Source: Desulfobacterales bacterium (GTDB lineage Bacteria; Desulfobacterota; Desulfobacteria; Desulfobacterales; SpSt-501). From it: DNA of 49,804 nucleotides. The position numbers and the translations under genes were made by a program. Shown piece by piece: positions 1 to 8,031 of the stretch (the stretch's first letter is position 1; every line of letters begins with the position of its first letter). The notes under the pieces were generated by a model. That model had not been told where the DNA came from. It did not search any database and saw only the letters and a list, made by a program, of their open reading frames with translations. The stretch spans positions 1 to 49,804 of the forward strand of contig JALOPB010000002.1 in the NCBI GenBank assembly GCA_025454115.1. Reading direction: 5' to 3'.

Positions 1-167
1 CGGTCGACTTGCCCGCGATATGCCTCGGGCACCTTCCAGATCTCATCGACGTAGTACGTCTTGCCGCTGCGGTCCGTATATTTATAAAATTCGGCGTTCG
101 TCGCGCCCCCCCAGCAAAGCCCGGCGGCAACTGCCATGAGCACCCATTGTGCCACGCGCCCGATCAT
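1..167 (-). CDS. DUF4124-like secreted protein, N-terminal part only (continues past the left edge)
   Basis: Not in the ORF track. The reverse strand from ATG 167..165 reads MIGRVAQWVLMAVAAGLCWGGATNAEFYKYTDRSGKTYYVDEIWKVPEAYRGQVD without a stop. That is a signal-peptide-like start followed by a YKYTDxxGKTYYVD stretch resembling DUF4124. The ATG overlaps the TGA of the upstream gene (ATGA). Confidence 0.4.
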   Translation of the reverse strand, partial: MIGRVAQWVLMAVAAGLCWGGATNAEFYKYTDRSGKTYYVDEIWKVPEAYRGQVD

Positions 168-1051
168 GTCTTCGGCGTCCCTCCTGGCGGCTTTGCACTC
201 TTGCCGCCCCGCCCCCCGGCCCCCGCGATCCCTTGGCCTTCAATCGCCCGGTTCAAGCTGCCCTGAACATAGCCTTCCAGATCGACGGCGACATGCTTGA
301 ATCCGATCTGTTTCAAACGCTTCAGGATCTTCGTCCGCATCTCCTTGCGCAGGGTCTTATGCAAATCGCCCGGCACCACCTCGATCCGTGCCACCGACCC
401 ATGATGCCGGACCCGAGATCCGTCAAACCCCAGCTGCAGAAGAGATTCCTCGGCCTGTTCCACCATCACCAAGTCCTCGCGTGTGATCGGCCGTCCATAC
501 GGAATGCGCGAGGCCAGACAGGCCATGGAAGGCTTGTTCCAGGTCGGCAGCTGCATTTTTCGGGACAGCGCCCGAATTTCGGCCTTGGTCAACCCCGCCT
601 CCGCCAGCGGCGAGGCAACGCCCATCTCCTGCGCGGCCTTCAGGCCGGGGCGATAATCCTCCTGGTCATCCATGTTCACACCGTGAGCGACCCGCCGGAT
701 CCCCAGAGAAGCCGCCACCCGAATAATTTCGGCGAAGATGAGCTGCTTGCAGGTATAGCAGCGCTCGGGCGGGTTGGCGACGAATCCGGGAGCCGTTATG
801 TCTCCAAACGGGACCACGATGTGTCGGACACCGAGGGCTTTTGCGATGGCACGCGCCTCCCGAATCTCCCGACGCGAATGAATGGGGGAATCCACCGTGA
901 CCGCCGACACCCGGTCTCCCAACGCTTCCCTGGCCGCCGCGAGTAGAAAGGTGCTGTCGACTCCGCCGGAAAAAGCCACAGCCAGGGCCGAACAGCCTTT
1001 AAGAATTTCGATCAGGCGTCTTTTTTTATCCGCACTCACGGCGATCACCAC
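164..1051 (-). CDS. larE: PP-loop ATP-utilising sulfur transferase, LarE / TIGR00268-like
   Basis: PP-loop motif AVAFSGGVDSTFLL is present, with conserved Cys in PPERCYTCKQ and SMACLASRIPYG. The first ~64 codons of the 359-aa ORF look non-coding. The likely start is GTG at 1051 or 1048, preceded by AAGG; the exact start is uncertain. Confidence 0.75.
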   Translation of the reverse strand: MVIAVSADKKRRLIEILKGCSALAVAFSGGVDSTFLLAAAREALGDRVSAVTVDSPIHSRREIREARAIAKALGVRHIVVPFGDITAPGFVANPPERCYTCKQLIFAEIIRVAASLGIRRVAHGVNMDDQEDYRPGLKAAQEMGVASPLAEAGLTKAEIRALSRKMQLPTWNKPSMACLASRIPYGRPITREDLVMVEQAEESLLQLGFDGSRVRHHGSVARIEVVPGDLHKTLRKEMRTKILKRLKQIGFKHVAVDLEGYVQGSLNRAIEGQGIAGAGGRGGKSAKPPGGTPKT

Positions 1052-1090
1052 AACAGCCTTCTGATTTGTGGGCGGTTCGTCAAAATGGTG

Positions 1091-1119
1091 TTTACACGGG
1101 ACCGGCGATCTTTTATATG
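1091..1119 (+). promoter_or_regulatory. Candidate sigma70 promoter for the peptide ABC operon
   Basis: TTTACA (1091..1096), a 17-nt spacer, then TATATG (1114..1119), about 115 nt upstream of the SBP start. Confidence 0.35.
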
Positions 1120-1235
1120 GATGCAGTAGTCCTCGGTGCCTGCGATGGGTATTACGCCGCCAAATGGCCGCCTGCAAACCGGCATGATCCTCAATTATAG
1201 GATAAACCCGAATGCGCGCAAAGGAATTTTTTTGA

Positions 1236-3362
1236 TTGAGCACCCGCCGTTTCCTTATAATGGTCCCTGCTGGGCTCAGCCTGATCCTGCTCCAGTCCTA
1301 TTTCTGGGTGCCCACTTACGAGGAACAATCCCGGGGTAACGCCGGTCGTCTGGAGGAGTTCATTAATGCCTCCATCGGCGATGCCAGCATCCTGAATCCG
1401 ATCCTATCGGCCGATTCGGCCAGCTCCGAAATCGAGAATCTCATTTTCGAGGGCCTCATCGACCGCGATGAAAATCTGCGTTTCCGCGGCCGCGTGGCCG
1501 AGTCCTGGACGGTCTCCGAAGAGGCCTATTTTTTCATCAACACCACGCGGCCGGTGCCGGGTTCCGGGGATGAAGATGTTGAAGCACTCATGGCCCATCT
1601 CCACGCCCTGCGGAATCGACCGGAGTCTTTGCCTGAAACCCTTCGGAACGTGTTCGGCAACATCCGCGAGATATCGCTGGTTCCGGCCCGGTCCGAAACC
1701 CTCCGCCGACAGGTGCCGCCGGCCGCCGGCCGGGATGCAGTCGATCGGACCATCCGGGTGGCGGCTCCGCCTCAAGTCAAGCTGATCCTGCGGGACGTCG
1801 ATCCGAACCTCTTCACCCATCTATCCGAGGTGTTGGGGTCGGACTATTTCAGCTCCTTTCAGCCCCGCCGTCATGTTTCCGTATCCGACCCCATCGCCGA
1901 GACCGAGTTCGACCGCCTGGCGGAAGAGCTGCTGCCGGCGGTCGAGCACAACCCCGTGATCGAGTTCCGCCTCCGGCCCGGTGTCAGGTTCCATGACGGC
2001 CGGGAGGTCACGGCCAGAGACGTCCGATTCACCTACGAAGCGATCATGGATCCGAAGAATCTCTCACCACGGGTGGCCGACTACGAGCCGGTCAAGGACA
2101 TCCAGATCATCGATCCGCACACCGTGCGCATCGTCTACAAGCGGCTTCACTCGCCCGCCGTGGGCACCTGGGCCATGGGCTTATTGCCCGAGCACCTGCT
2201 GAACGAAGAGCGGCTGCGCCAGGAAGCCTTACGCGCCGGTAAGGATCCCGCAGCCTTTTCCATGCGGCAGAGCGAGTTCAGCCGACGGCCGGTCGGCAGC
2301 GGGCCTTTCGTTTTCAGGGAATGGAAATCCGACCAATACATCATCCTGGACCGCTTTGCCGACTACTGGGAGGGCGCCCCCAACTACAAACGCTACATCT
2401 ACCGAATCCTGCCCGACCTGCTGACACAAGAAATGGAGTTTTACGCCGGCACCATCGATTCCTATGGCGTGCAGCCCTATCAGGTGGCCAGGCTCAAACA
2501 GGACTCCCGCTTTCAGAATTTTTCGGGCACCTCCTACGCCTATGCCTACATCGGCTACAACCTGCGGCGGCCTCCCTTCGACGACCCGCGGGTGCGGCGG
2601 GCGCTGTCGATGGCCATCGACGTGGACCGCATCATCGATTTCGTCCTCTACCAGCAGGGGGAGCGCACGACCGGACCCTTTCTGAAACAGACCGAATCCT
2701 ACAACCACGCCATCGCGCCGGTCCCGTTCGACCCCGAAGCGGCTTTAACGCTGCTGGCCGAAGCCGGCTGGCACCGCAACGCCGACGGCCGCCTGGAAAA
2801 GGGCGGACAGAAACTGCAGTTCACCCTGATCACCAACAGCGGCAACGACATCCGCAAATCCATACTGGCGATCGCCCAGGATGCCTGGAAACAGATCGGC
2901 ATCGAGGTGCGTACGGATCTGGTGGAATGGTCGGTGTTCATCAAGGAGCGGATCAACAAGCTTGATTTCGACGCCGTCGTGCTGGGCTGGTCCATGGGAA
3001 TCGATCCGGACCTCTACCAGATCTGGCACTCGAGCCAGACCGGTCCGCATCAGCTCAATTTCGCAGGCTACCGCAACCCGGAAGCCGACGATCTCATCAT
3101 CCGCATCCGACAGGAATACGACTTCGGCCGCAAGGTCGCGCTGTGCCACCGGCTGCATGCGATCATCGCGGAGGATCAGCCTTACACCTTCCTTTATGTC
3201 GGCAAGTGGACGGCCGTGCTGGACCGGCGCATCGTCATCCGCGAAGCCGACCCCGAAGGAAGGGACCGCTTTCGACCGATCCAAGCGACCCGGACCGGCA
3301 ACTACATGTTCACCTTCAACCAGTGGACCAAGCTGGCGGAAGTGCCGCAATTTGATAAGTGA
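1236..3362 (+). CDS. ABC transporter substrate-binding protein, family 5 (peptide/nickel; OppA/DppA/NikA-like), unusually long at 708 aa
   Basis: Family-5 SBP signatures: INASIGDASILNPILSADSASSEIENLIFEGLIDRD, LRPGVRFHDGREVTA, YIGYNLRRPPFDDPRVRRA. N-terminal signal anchor (RRFLIMVPAGLSLILL). TTG start at 1236; an alternative ATG lies at 1260. Confidence 0.85.
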   Translation: MSTRRFLIMVPAGLSLILLQSYFWVPTYEEQSRGNAGRLEEFINASIGDASILNPILSADSASSEIENLIFEGLIDRDENLRFRGRVAESWTVSEEAYFFINTTRPVPGSGDEDVEALMAHLHALRNRPESLPETLRNVFGNIREISLVPARSETLRRQVPPAAGRDAVDRTIRVAAPPQVKLILRDVDPNLFTHLSEVLGSDYFSSFQPRRHVSVSDPIAETEFDRLAEELLPAVEHNPVIEFRLRPGVRFHDGREVTARDVRFTYEAIMDPKNLSPRVADYEPVKDIQIIDPHTVRIVYKRLHSPAVGTWAMGLLPEHLLNEERLRQEALRAGKDPAAFSMRQSEFSRRPVGSGPFVFREWKSDQYIILDRFADYWEGAPNYKRYIYRILPDLLTQEMEFYAGTIDSYGVQPYQVARLKQDSRFQNFSGTSYAYAYIGYNLRRPPFDDPRVRRALSMAIDVDRIIDFVLYQQGERTTGPFLKQTESYNHAIAPVPFDPEAALTLLAEAGWHRNADGRLEKGGQKLQFTLITNSGNDIRKSILAIAQDAWKQIGIEVRTDLVEWSVFIKERINKLDFDAVVLGWSMGIDPDLYQIWHSSQTGPHQLNFAGYRNPEADDLIIRIRQEYDFGRKVALCHRLHAIIAEDQPYTFLYVGKWTAVLDRRIVIREADPEGRDRFRPIQATRTGNYMFTFNQWTKLAEVPQFDK

Positions 3363-3377
3363 AGGAGGTTTGATCGG

Positions 3378-4337
3378 ATGCTCGCCTTCATCGGTCGCAG
3401 CGTGATCCAAAAATTCGTCACCCTCTTCTTCGTATCGGTCGTGTCCTTCGCCATCATCCATATCGCTCCCGGGGAGCCCAGCCAGGTGGATCCACTCAAT
3501 CCCAAGTTCACCCCCGAGATGGTGGAACGCTTCCGCCAGGCCTTTCATCTGGATCGTCCCCTCTATGTCCAGTACGCATTTTTCTACCGCGACCTCCTCA
3601 CCGGCAATACGGTCTCCTGGAAAGACAACCAGCCGGTGCTTGGCAAGATCGGGGAACGCTTTTGCAACAGCCTGCCGCTGTTCATCGTCGGCACCCTCAT
3701 CACCTGGACCGTTTCCTTCCCGGTGGGGATCCGCTCGGCCATTTTCCGGGGGGGGATTTACGACCGCAGCGCCACGTTTCTTTCCTACGTCCTGATCTCC
3801 ATCCCCGGCTTTTTCTTTGCCTACATGCTCATCATCTTCGTCGTGGGTCAATTCCAGGTGCCCGTGATCGGCATGCAGACGTTCGGCATGACCGACACCC
3901 ACTGGCTTTTTCGAATGAACGACCGTCTCTGGCACATGCTGCTGCCGTCGATCCTCGGCGCCACCGGCGGCATCGCCGTGCTGTCGCGTTATGTGCGCAG
4001 CCAGATGCTCGAGGTCGAAAACCAGGACTACGTGCGCACGGCACGCGCCAAAGGTCTGCCGTGGGAGATGGTGCACTACAAGCATGCCCTGCGCAACGCC
4101 CTGCTGCCGTTCGTCACCATGTTCGGCCTGGTCCTGCCGGGGCTCATCGGCGGCTCGGTGATCATCGAGTCCATATTTTCGTGGCCGGGGCTGGGTCGCA
4201 TGGCTTATGAGGCCATCCTCGCCAGGGACTACCCGGTCATTCTGACGATCAATTTCATCGCGGCCGTACTGGTACTGATCGGAACGTTTATCTCCGACAT
4301 GCTTTACGTGATCGTGGACCCGAGGATTCGCCTGTGA
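3378..4337 (+). CDS. ABC transporter permease (DppB/OppB-like)
   Basis: Typical OppB-type sequence (FVSVVSFAIIHIAPGEP, YVRTARAKGL, ESIFSWPGLGR). GAAGGAGG lies 9 nt upstream of the ATG. Confidence 0.9.
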   Translation: MLAFIGRSVIQKFVTLFFVSVVSFAIIHIAPGEPSQVDPLNPKFTPEMVERFRQAFHLDRPLYVQYAFFYRDLLTGNTVSWKDNQPVLGKIGERFCNSLPLFIVGTLITWTVSFPVGIRSAIFRGGIYDRSATFLSYVLISIPGFFFAYMLIIFVVGQFQVPVIGMQTFGMTDTHWLFRMNDRLWHMLLPSILGATGGIAVLSRYVRSQMLEVENQDYVRTARAKGLPWEMVHYKHALRNALLPFVTMFGLVLPGLIGGSVIIESIFSWPGLGRMAYEAILARDYPVILTINFIAAVLVLIGTFISDMLYVIVDPRIRL

Positions 4338-5500
4338 GCCCGGATATGCCTTATCGAGCGTTGGGCCTGGAGGAGCCGACGGCGCCGAAGCGCACCCGCT
4401 TCGAGGAATTCTGGCGCCTGTTCCGGCGCAATCGGATGGCCCTGGCCGGCCTGGTCATCTTCGCTTTCTTTTTCGGCAGCGCCGTCATCGGCTTGATGCT
4501 CACGTCCGGAAACCGGCCGCTGTTCGACCCCGCCCTGGTGCGCCTGCAGGAAAAGCTGCGCCCTCCGCTAGCGATGCCGCAGGCTGCATCGCTTAAACCT
4601 GAAGAACGGCCCGTCGTCGGCAGGTATCTCTTCGGCACCGACGATCTCGGCCGCGATGTGTTCGCGCGCATGCTCCAGGGCGCATGGGTGTCGCTAACCG
4701 TGGGCTTCGTCGCGGTCGGCATTTCGGTGGCGATCGGCATCCTCATGGGCGGGCTGGCCGGATTCTACGGGCACCACCGCATCCGCCTCGAACAGCTGCT
4801 GGTAACGGCCGTGCTGCTGGCCGGCGCCGGCCTGCTCGCGGCCGGCTGGAGGATCTCCGGCGTCTGGTTGCTCGCGGCGGGGCACGTCTGGCTCTTCTGG
4901 TCGATATCGCCCTGGGGCATTCGCGGCCGAAAATCCCTGCCCGCCGGGTTGCGGCTTTTGCGCAAAAACACCCTCATGGTGGACACGCTCATCATGCGCT
5001 TCGTGGATATCATGCTGTGCTTCCCGAGCTTCTTTCTGATCCTCACCGTCGTGGCGCTGCTGCCGGCCAACATTTACAACATCATGATCGTGATCGGGCT
5101 GACCAGTTGGGAGGGGACGGCACGCTTCGTGCGGGCGGAGTTCCTCTCCCTGCGGGAGCGGGATTTCGTCTCGGCCGCCAGGGCCCTGGGCGTCGGCAAC
5201 CTCCGGATCATTTTCCGTCACATGATGCCCAATGCCATCGCGCCGGTGCTGGTTTCCGCGACGCTGGGCGTTGCCTCCGCCATTCTGACCGAGGCCGGCT
5301 TGAGCTTCCTGGGATTCGGCGTGCCACCGCCGCATGCCACCTGGGGGAACATCCTATCCGACGGCAAGCGCTTCATCTTCGACGCCCCCTGGCTGACCTT
5401 CATCCCCGGCGCCGCCATCCTGATCGTGGTGCTGTCGTTCAATCTGTTCGGGGAGGGGCTGAGGGACCTTCTGAACCCGCGCTTGAGAGAGAGAAAATAG
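4334..5500 (+). CDS. ABC transporter permease (DppC/OppC-like) carrying a ~70-aa insertion
   Basis: Motifs LFGTDDLGRDVFARM, IMRFVDIMLCFPSFFL and FVSAARALG. The GTG start overlaps the upstream stop (GTGA); an in-frame ATG lies at 4346. Confidence 0.85.
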   Translation: MSPDMPYRALGLEEPTAPKRTRFEEFWRLFRRNRMALAGLVIFAFFFGSAVIGLMLTSGNRPLFDPALVRLQEKLRPPLAMPQAASLKPEERPVVGRYLFGTDDLGRDVFARMLQGAWVSLTVGFVAVGISVAIGILMGGLAGFYGHHRIRLEQLLVTAVLLAGAGLLAAGWRISGVWLLAAGHVWLFWSISPWGIRGRKSLPAGLRLLRKNTLMVDTLIMRFVDIMLCFPSFFLILTVVALLPANIYNIMIVIGLTSWEGTARFVRAEFLSLRERDFVSAARALGVGNLRIIFRHMMPNAIAPVLVSATLGVASAILTEAGLSFLGFGVPPPHATWGNILSDGKRFIFDAPWLTFIPGAAILIVVLSFNLFGEGLRDLLNPRLRERK

Positions 5501-5631
5501 AAAACCAAGGGGAAAGGCGGAGGGCGGAAGTTGGAAAACGGCATAAAAACAAAGCGGGGTGTCTTTTTTTCAGTCTTCCCCATTCCGCATTCCGACTTCC
5601 GACCTCCAATAGCCTTCCGCATTAAAAACAA

Positions 5632-6654
5632 ATGAGCGCCAACTCAATAAATACGCATCGAGAGGTTGTGCTTTCGGTTGAGGGCCTCAAAGTCTATTTC
5701 CGCAGCGAGGAGGAAGTCGCGCGGGCCGTGGACGGCGTCGACTTCGAGGTCCGCAGAGCCGAGACGGTCTGTCTGGTCGGAGAATCGGGTTGCGGCAAGA
5801 CCGTGACGGCCCTGGCGCTGCTGGGTCTGCTTCCCCGCCCGCCCGGGGAAATCGCCGGCGGCCGCGTGCGCTTCTGCGGTGATGACCTGCTCGATCGGGA
5901 TGAAGCAGCCCTGCGGGCCGTCCGCGGCCGCCGCATCGGAATGGTGTTTCAGGAGCCCTTGACATCCTTGAACCCGGTGTTCACCATCGGCGAGCAGATC
6001 GCCGAGCCGCTGCGGATTCACCGATCGCTGTCCGAGAGCCGGATCCGGCAGCGCTGCCTGGAGCTGCTCCACGATGTCGGTATCGATGCGCCGGAGCAGC
6101 GGCTGGCGGCCTACCCGCATCAATTGAGCGGCGGTCAACGCCAGCGGGCGATGATCGCCATGGCCCTGGCGTGCGGCCCCGAGCTGATCATTGCCGACGA
6201 ACCGACCACCGCTTTGGATGTGACCGTCCAGGCCCAGATTCTGAGGTTGATGAATCGGCTGCAGCAGGCCCACGGCCTGTCGTTGCTCTATATCACTCAC
6301 GATCTGGGGGTGGTATCTCAGATCGCTGACCGGGTGTATGTCATGTATGCCGGGGTAATCGTCGAAACCGGTGCGGCGCAACCGCTTTTGCGCAACCCAC
6401 GGCATCCCTATACCCGGGCGCTGCTCGAATCTCTGCCCAACCTCAGGAAACGGGGCAGTCGGCTTTACAGCATTCCGGGCACCGTGCCGCACCCGGCCTA
6501 CAAACCGGCCGGCTGCCCGTTTCACCCGCGCTGCCCCGAGGCGATCGACACCTGCCGCGAGCACTTTCCCGGGATGTGCGTATTCGACGACGGTCAGGTC
6601 GCCCGCTGCCCGGTGGCGGCCGGACGCACGCTCACCGACTGGTGCATTACTTGA
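5632..6654 (+). CDS. ABC transporter ATP-binding protein (DppD/OppD-like)
   Basis: Walker A GESGCGKT, signature LSGGQRQR, Walker [13 protein letters not shown], and a Cys-rich oligopeptide-type C-terminal extension. Confidence 0.9.
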   Translation: MSANSINTHREVVLSVEGLKVYFRSEEEVARAVDGVDFEVRRAETVCLVGESGCGKTVTALALLGLLPRPPGEIAGGRVRFCGDDLLDRDEAALRAVRGRRIGMVFQEPLTSLNPVFTIGEQIAEPLRIHRSLSESRIRQRCLELLHDVGIDAPEQRLAAYPHQLSGGQRQRAMIAMALACGPELIIADEPTTALDVTVQAQILRLMNRLQQAHGLSLLYITHDLGVVSQIADRVYVMYAGVIVETGAAQPLLRNPRHPYTRALLESLPNLRKRGSRLYSIPGTVPHPAYKPAGCPFHPRCPEAIDTCREHFPGMCVFDDGQVARCPVAAGRTLTDWCIT

Positions 6655-6655
6655 A

Positions 6656-7654
6656 ATGGATATCCTCCGAGTCGAAAACCTGAAAAAACACTTCCCGGTC
6701 CGGCGCGGCATTTTTCAGCGCACGGTCGGCTGGGTGCGCGCAGTCGAAAACGTTTCCCTGGCCCTGGCTCCTGGAAAGACCATCGGGCTGGTCGGTGAAA
6801 GCGGCTGCGGCAAGACCACTGTGGCACGGATGATCCTGAATCTGCTCCCCGCCGATGGCGGCCGGATTCTCTACAAGGGAAATGACATCTGCGGATTATC
6901 CGACCGGGACATGAAACCGTTCCGTAAGGAAATCCAGATCGTTTTTCAAGACCCTTACGGGTCGCTCAACCCGCGCATGACCGTCGGCCAAACCCTGAGC
7001 GAGGGCCTGCGGATGACCGGAGCCCGGGGACGCACCGGCCGGCAAGAACAGATCGAGCGGCTGCTGGGGCTGGTCGGTATGGCGCCGACCGCCGTCGACC
7101 GCTATCCACACGAGTTCAGCGGCGGACAGCGCCAGCGCATCGGGATCGCCCGGGCATTGAGCGTCGAACCCGCGCTCGTCGTCTGCGACGAACCGGTCTC
7201 GGCGCTGGACGTTTCCATCCAGGCCCAGATCATCAACCTGCTGAAGGATCTGCAGGACCGGCTGGGGCTGAGTTATGTTTTCATTTCCCACGACCTGAAC
7301 GTGGTGGGATACCTCTGTCACCACGTGGCCGTGATGTACAAGGGCCAGATCATGGAATACGCGCCGGCTGAACACGTATTCGAAAACCCGCTGCATCCCT
7401 ACACCCGCGTGCTGTTGGCGGCCCGGCCCGATCCGGAGAGCGGGAAAGGACCGCCGGCCGCCGGGCTCGAAGGCGAGCGCCCGGAACCCGCTCTCACGCC
7501 AACGGAGGGCTGCCGCTTCCAGATAAAGTGCCCGGAGAAGCATGATCGCTGCCGGCTTTTAGGCCCGGAGCTGGCCCTGGTCGGGGACGATCATTGGGTC
7601 CGTTGCTGGCAGGCGCCGCCGCCTGCATCTGGAAGTTATTACTCCGGCAAGTAA
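6656..7654 (+). CDS. ABC transporter ATP-binding protein (DppF/OppF-like)
   Basis: The real start is ATG 6656 (MDILRVENLKKHF), 1 nt after the upstream TGA. The ORF-track extension back to 6371 overlaps the preceding gene. Walker A GESGCGKT, signature FSGGQRQR, Walker B LVVCDEPVSALD. Confidence 0.9.
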   Translation: MDILRVENLKKHFPVRRGIFQRTVGWVRAVENVSLALAPGKTIGLVGESGCGKTTVARMILNLLPADGGRILYKGNDICGLSDRDMKPFRKEIQIVFQDPYGSLNPRMTVGQTLSEGLRMTGARGRTGRQEQIERLLGLVGMAPTAVDRYPHEFSGGQRQRIGIARALSVEPALVVCDEPVSALDVSIQAQIINLLKDLQDRLGLSYVFISHDLNVVGYLCHHVAVMYKGQIMEYAPAEHVFENPLHPYTRVLLAARPDPESGKGPPAAGLEGERPEPALTPTEGCRFQIKCPEKHDRCRLLGPELALVGDDHWVRCWQAPPPASGSYYSGK

Positions 7655-7677
7655 ACAGGTTCAACTTGAGCTGAGGT

Positions 7678-7906
7678 TCGGCGGGGCGGGTTTTCGGCCG
7701 CCGCGCACTGCAACCAATTCTTCAGGTGACCCTGCCACGCCCCCAAGCCGTCTAGAGGAACCGCGCACAGGCAGAGACGGCTGGCGGCTGCGTGGGCATC
7801 GGTTCTCCGGGGCTGTCCGGAACCATATGAAGCGCGCTTGCTGCCGTACGTTAGTTCGTTGAACGGATGGTTGCGGTGCGCTGCGGCCGAAAACCCGCCC
7901 CGCCGA
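7678..7906. repeat. Long imperfect inverted repeat: 38-bp arms matching at 36/38, flanking a 153-bp spacer
   Basis: Left arm 7678..7715 is tcggcggggcgggttttcggccgccgcgcactgcaacc. The reverse complement of the right arm 7869..7906 is tcggcggggcgggttttcggccgcagcgcaccgcaacc. The repeat lies in the intergenic gap between the ABC operon and the M24 peptidase gene. Confidence 0.85.
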
Positions 7907-8031
7907 TGAATGACATGGCCGCATTGAACATATTTTATTGCCGGAGTAATAACATTGATTCGAGGTTCGCTTTTTGGCATGAAAAGCAGGAACCCGATTG
8001 CCGTAAGCCTTCACGAACAGGGAGCCGGGCC

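Noticed and set aside
2745-4085. A 446-aa ORF antisense to the SBP and permease genes.
   Set aside because: It is a mirror-frame ORF of the kind GC-rich genomes generate opposite real genes. Its composition is low-complexity and Arg/Gly/Asp/His-rich, it has no recognisable motifs, and it fully overlaps two genes with clear family signatures.
6371-6655. Long N-terminal extensions in the ORF track (6371, 8625, 12134, 13381, 13878, 31545, 40486 and, on the minus strand, 1243, 23121, 24034, 26018).
   Set aside because: The extensions overlap the preceding gene out of frame and look non-coding. Internal starts with SD sequences reproduce the canonical N-termini of the families, so I trimmed the calls.
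5644-6711. A 355-aa ORF antisense to the OppD-like ATPase.
   Set aside because: Same reasoning: it is antisense to a gene with Walker A, signature and Walker B motifs, has Arg/Gly/Pro-rich composition, and has no SD or motif.
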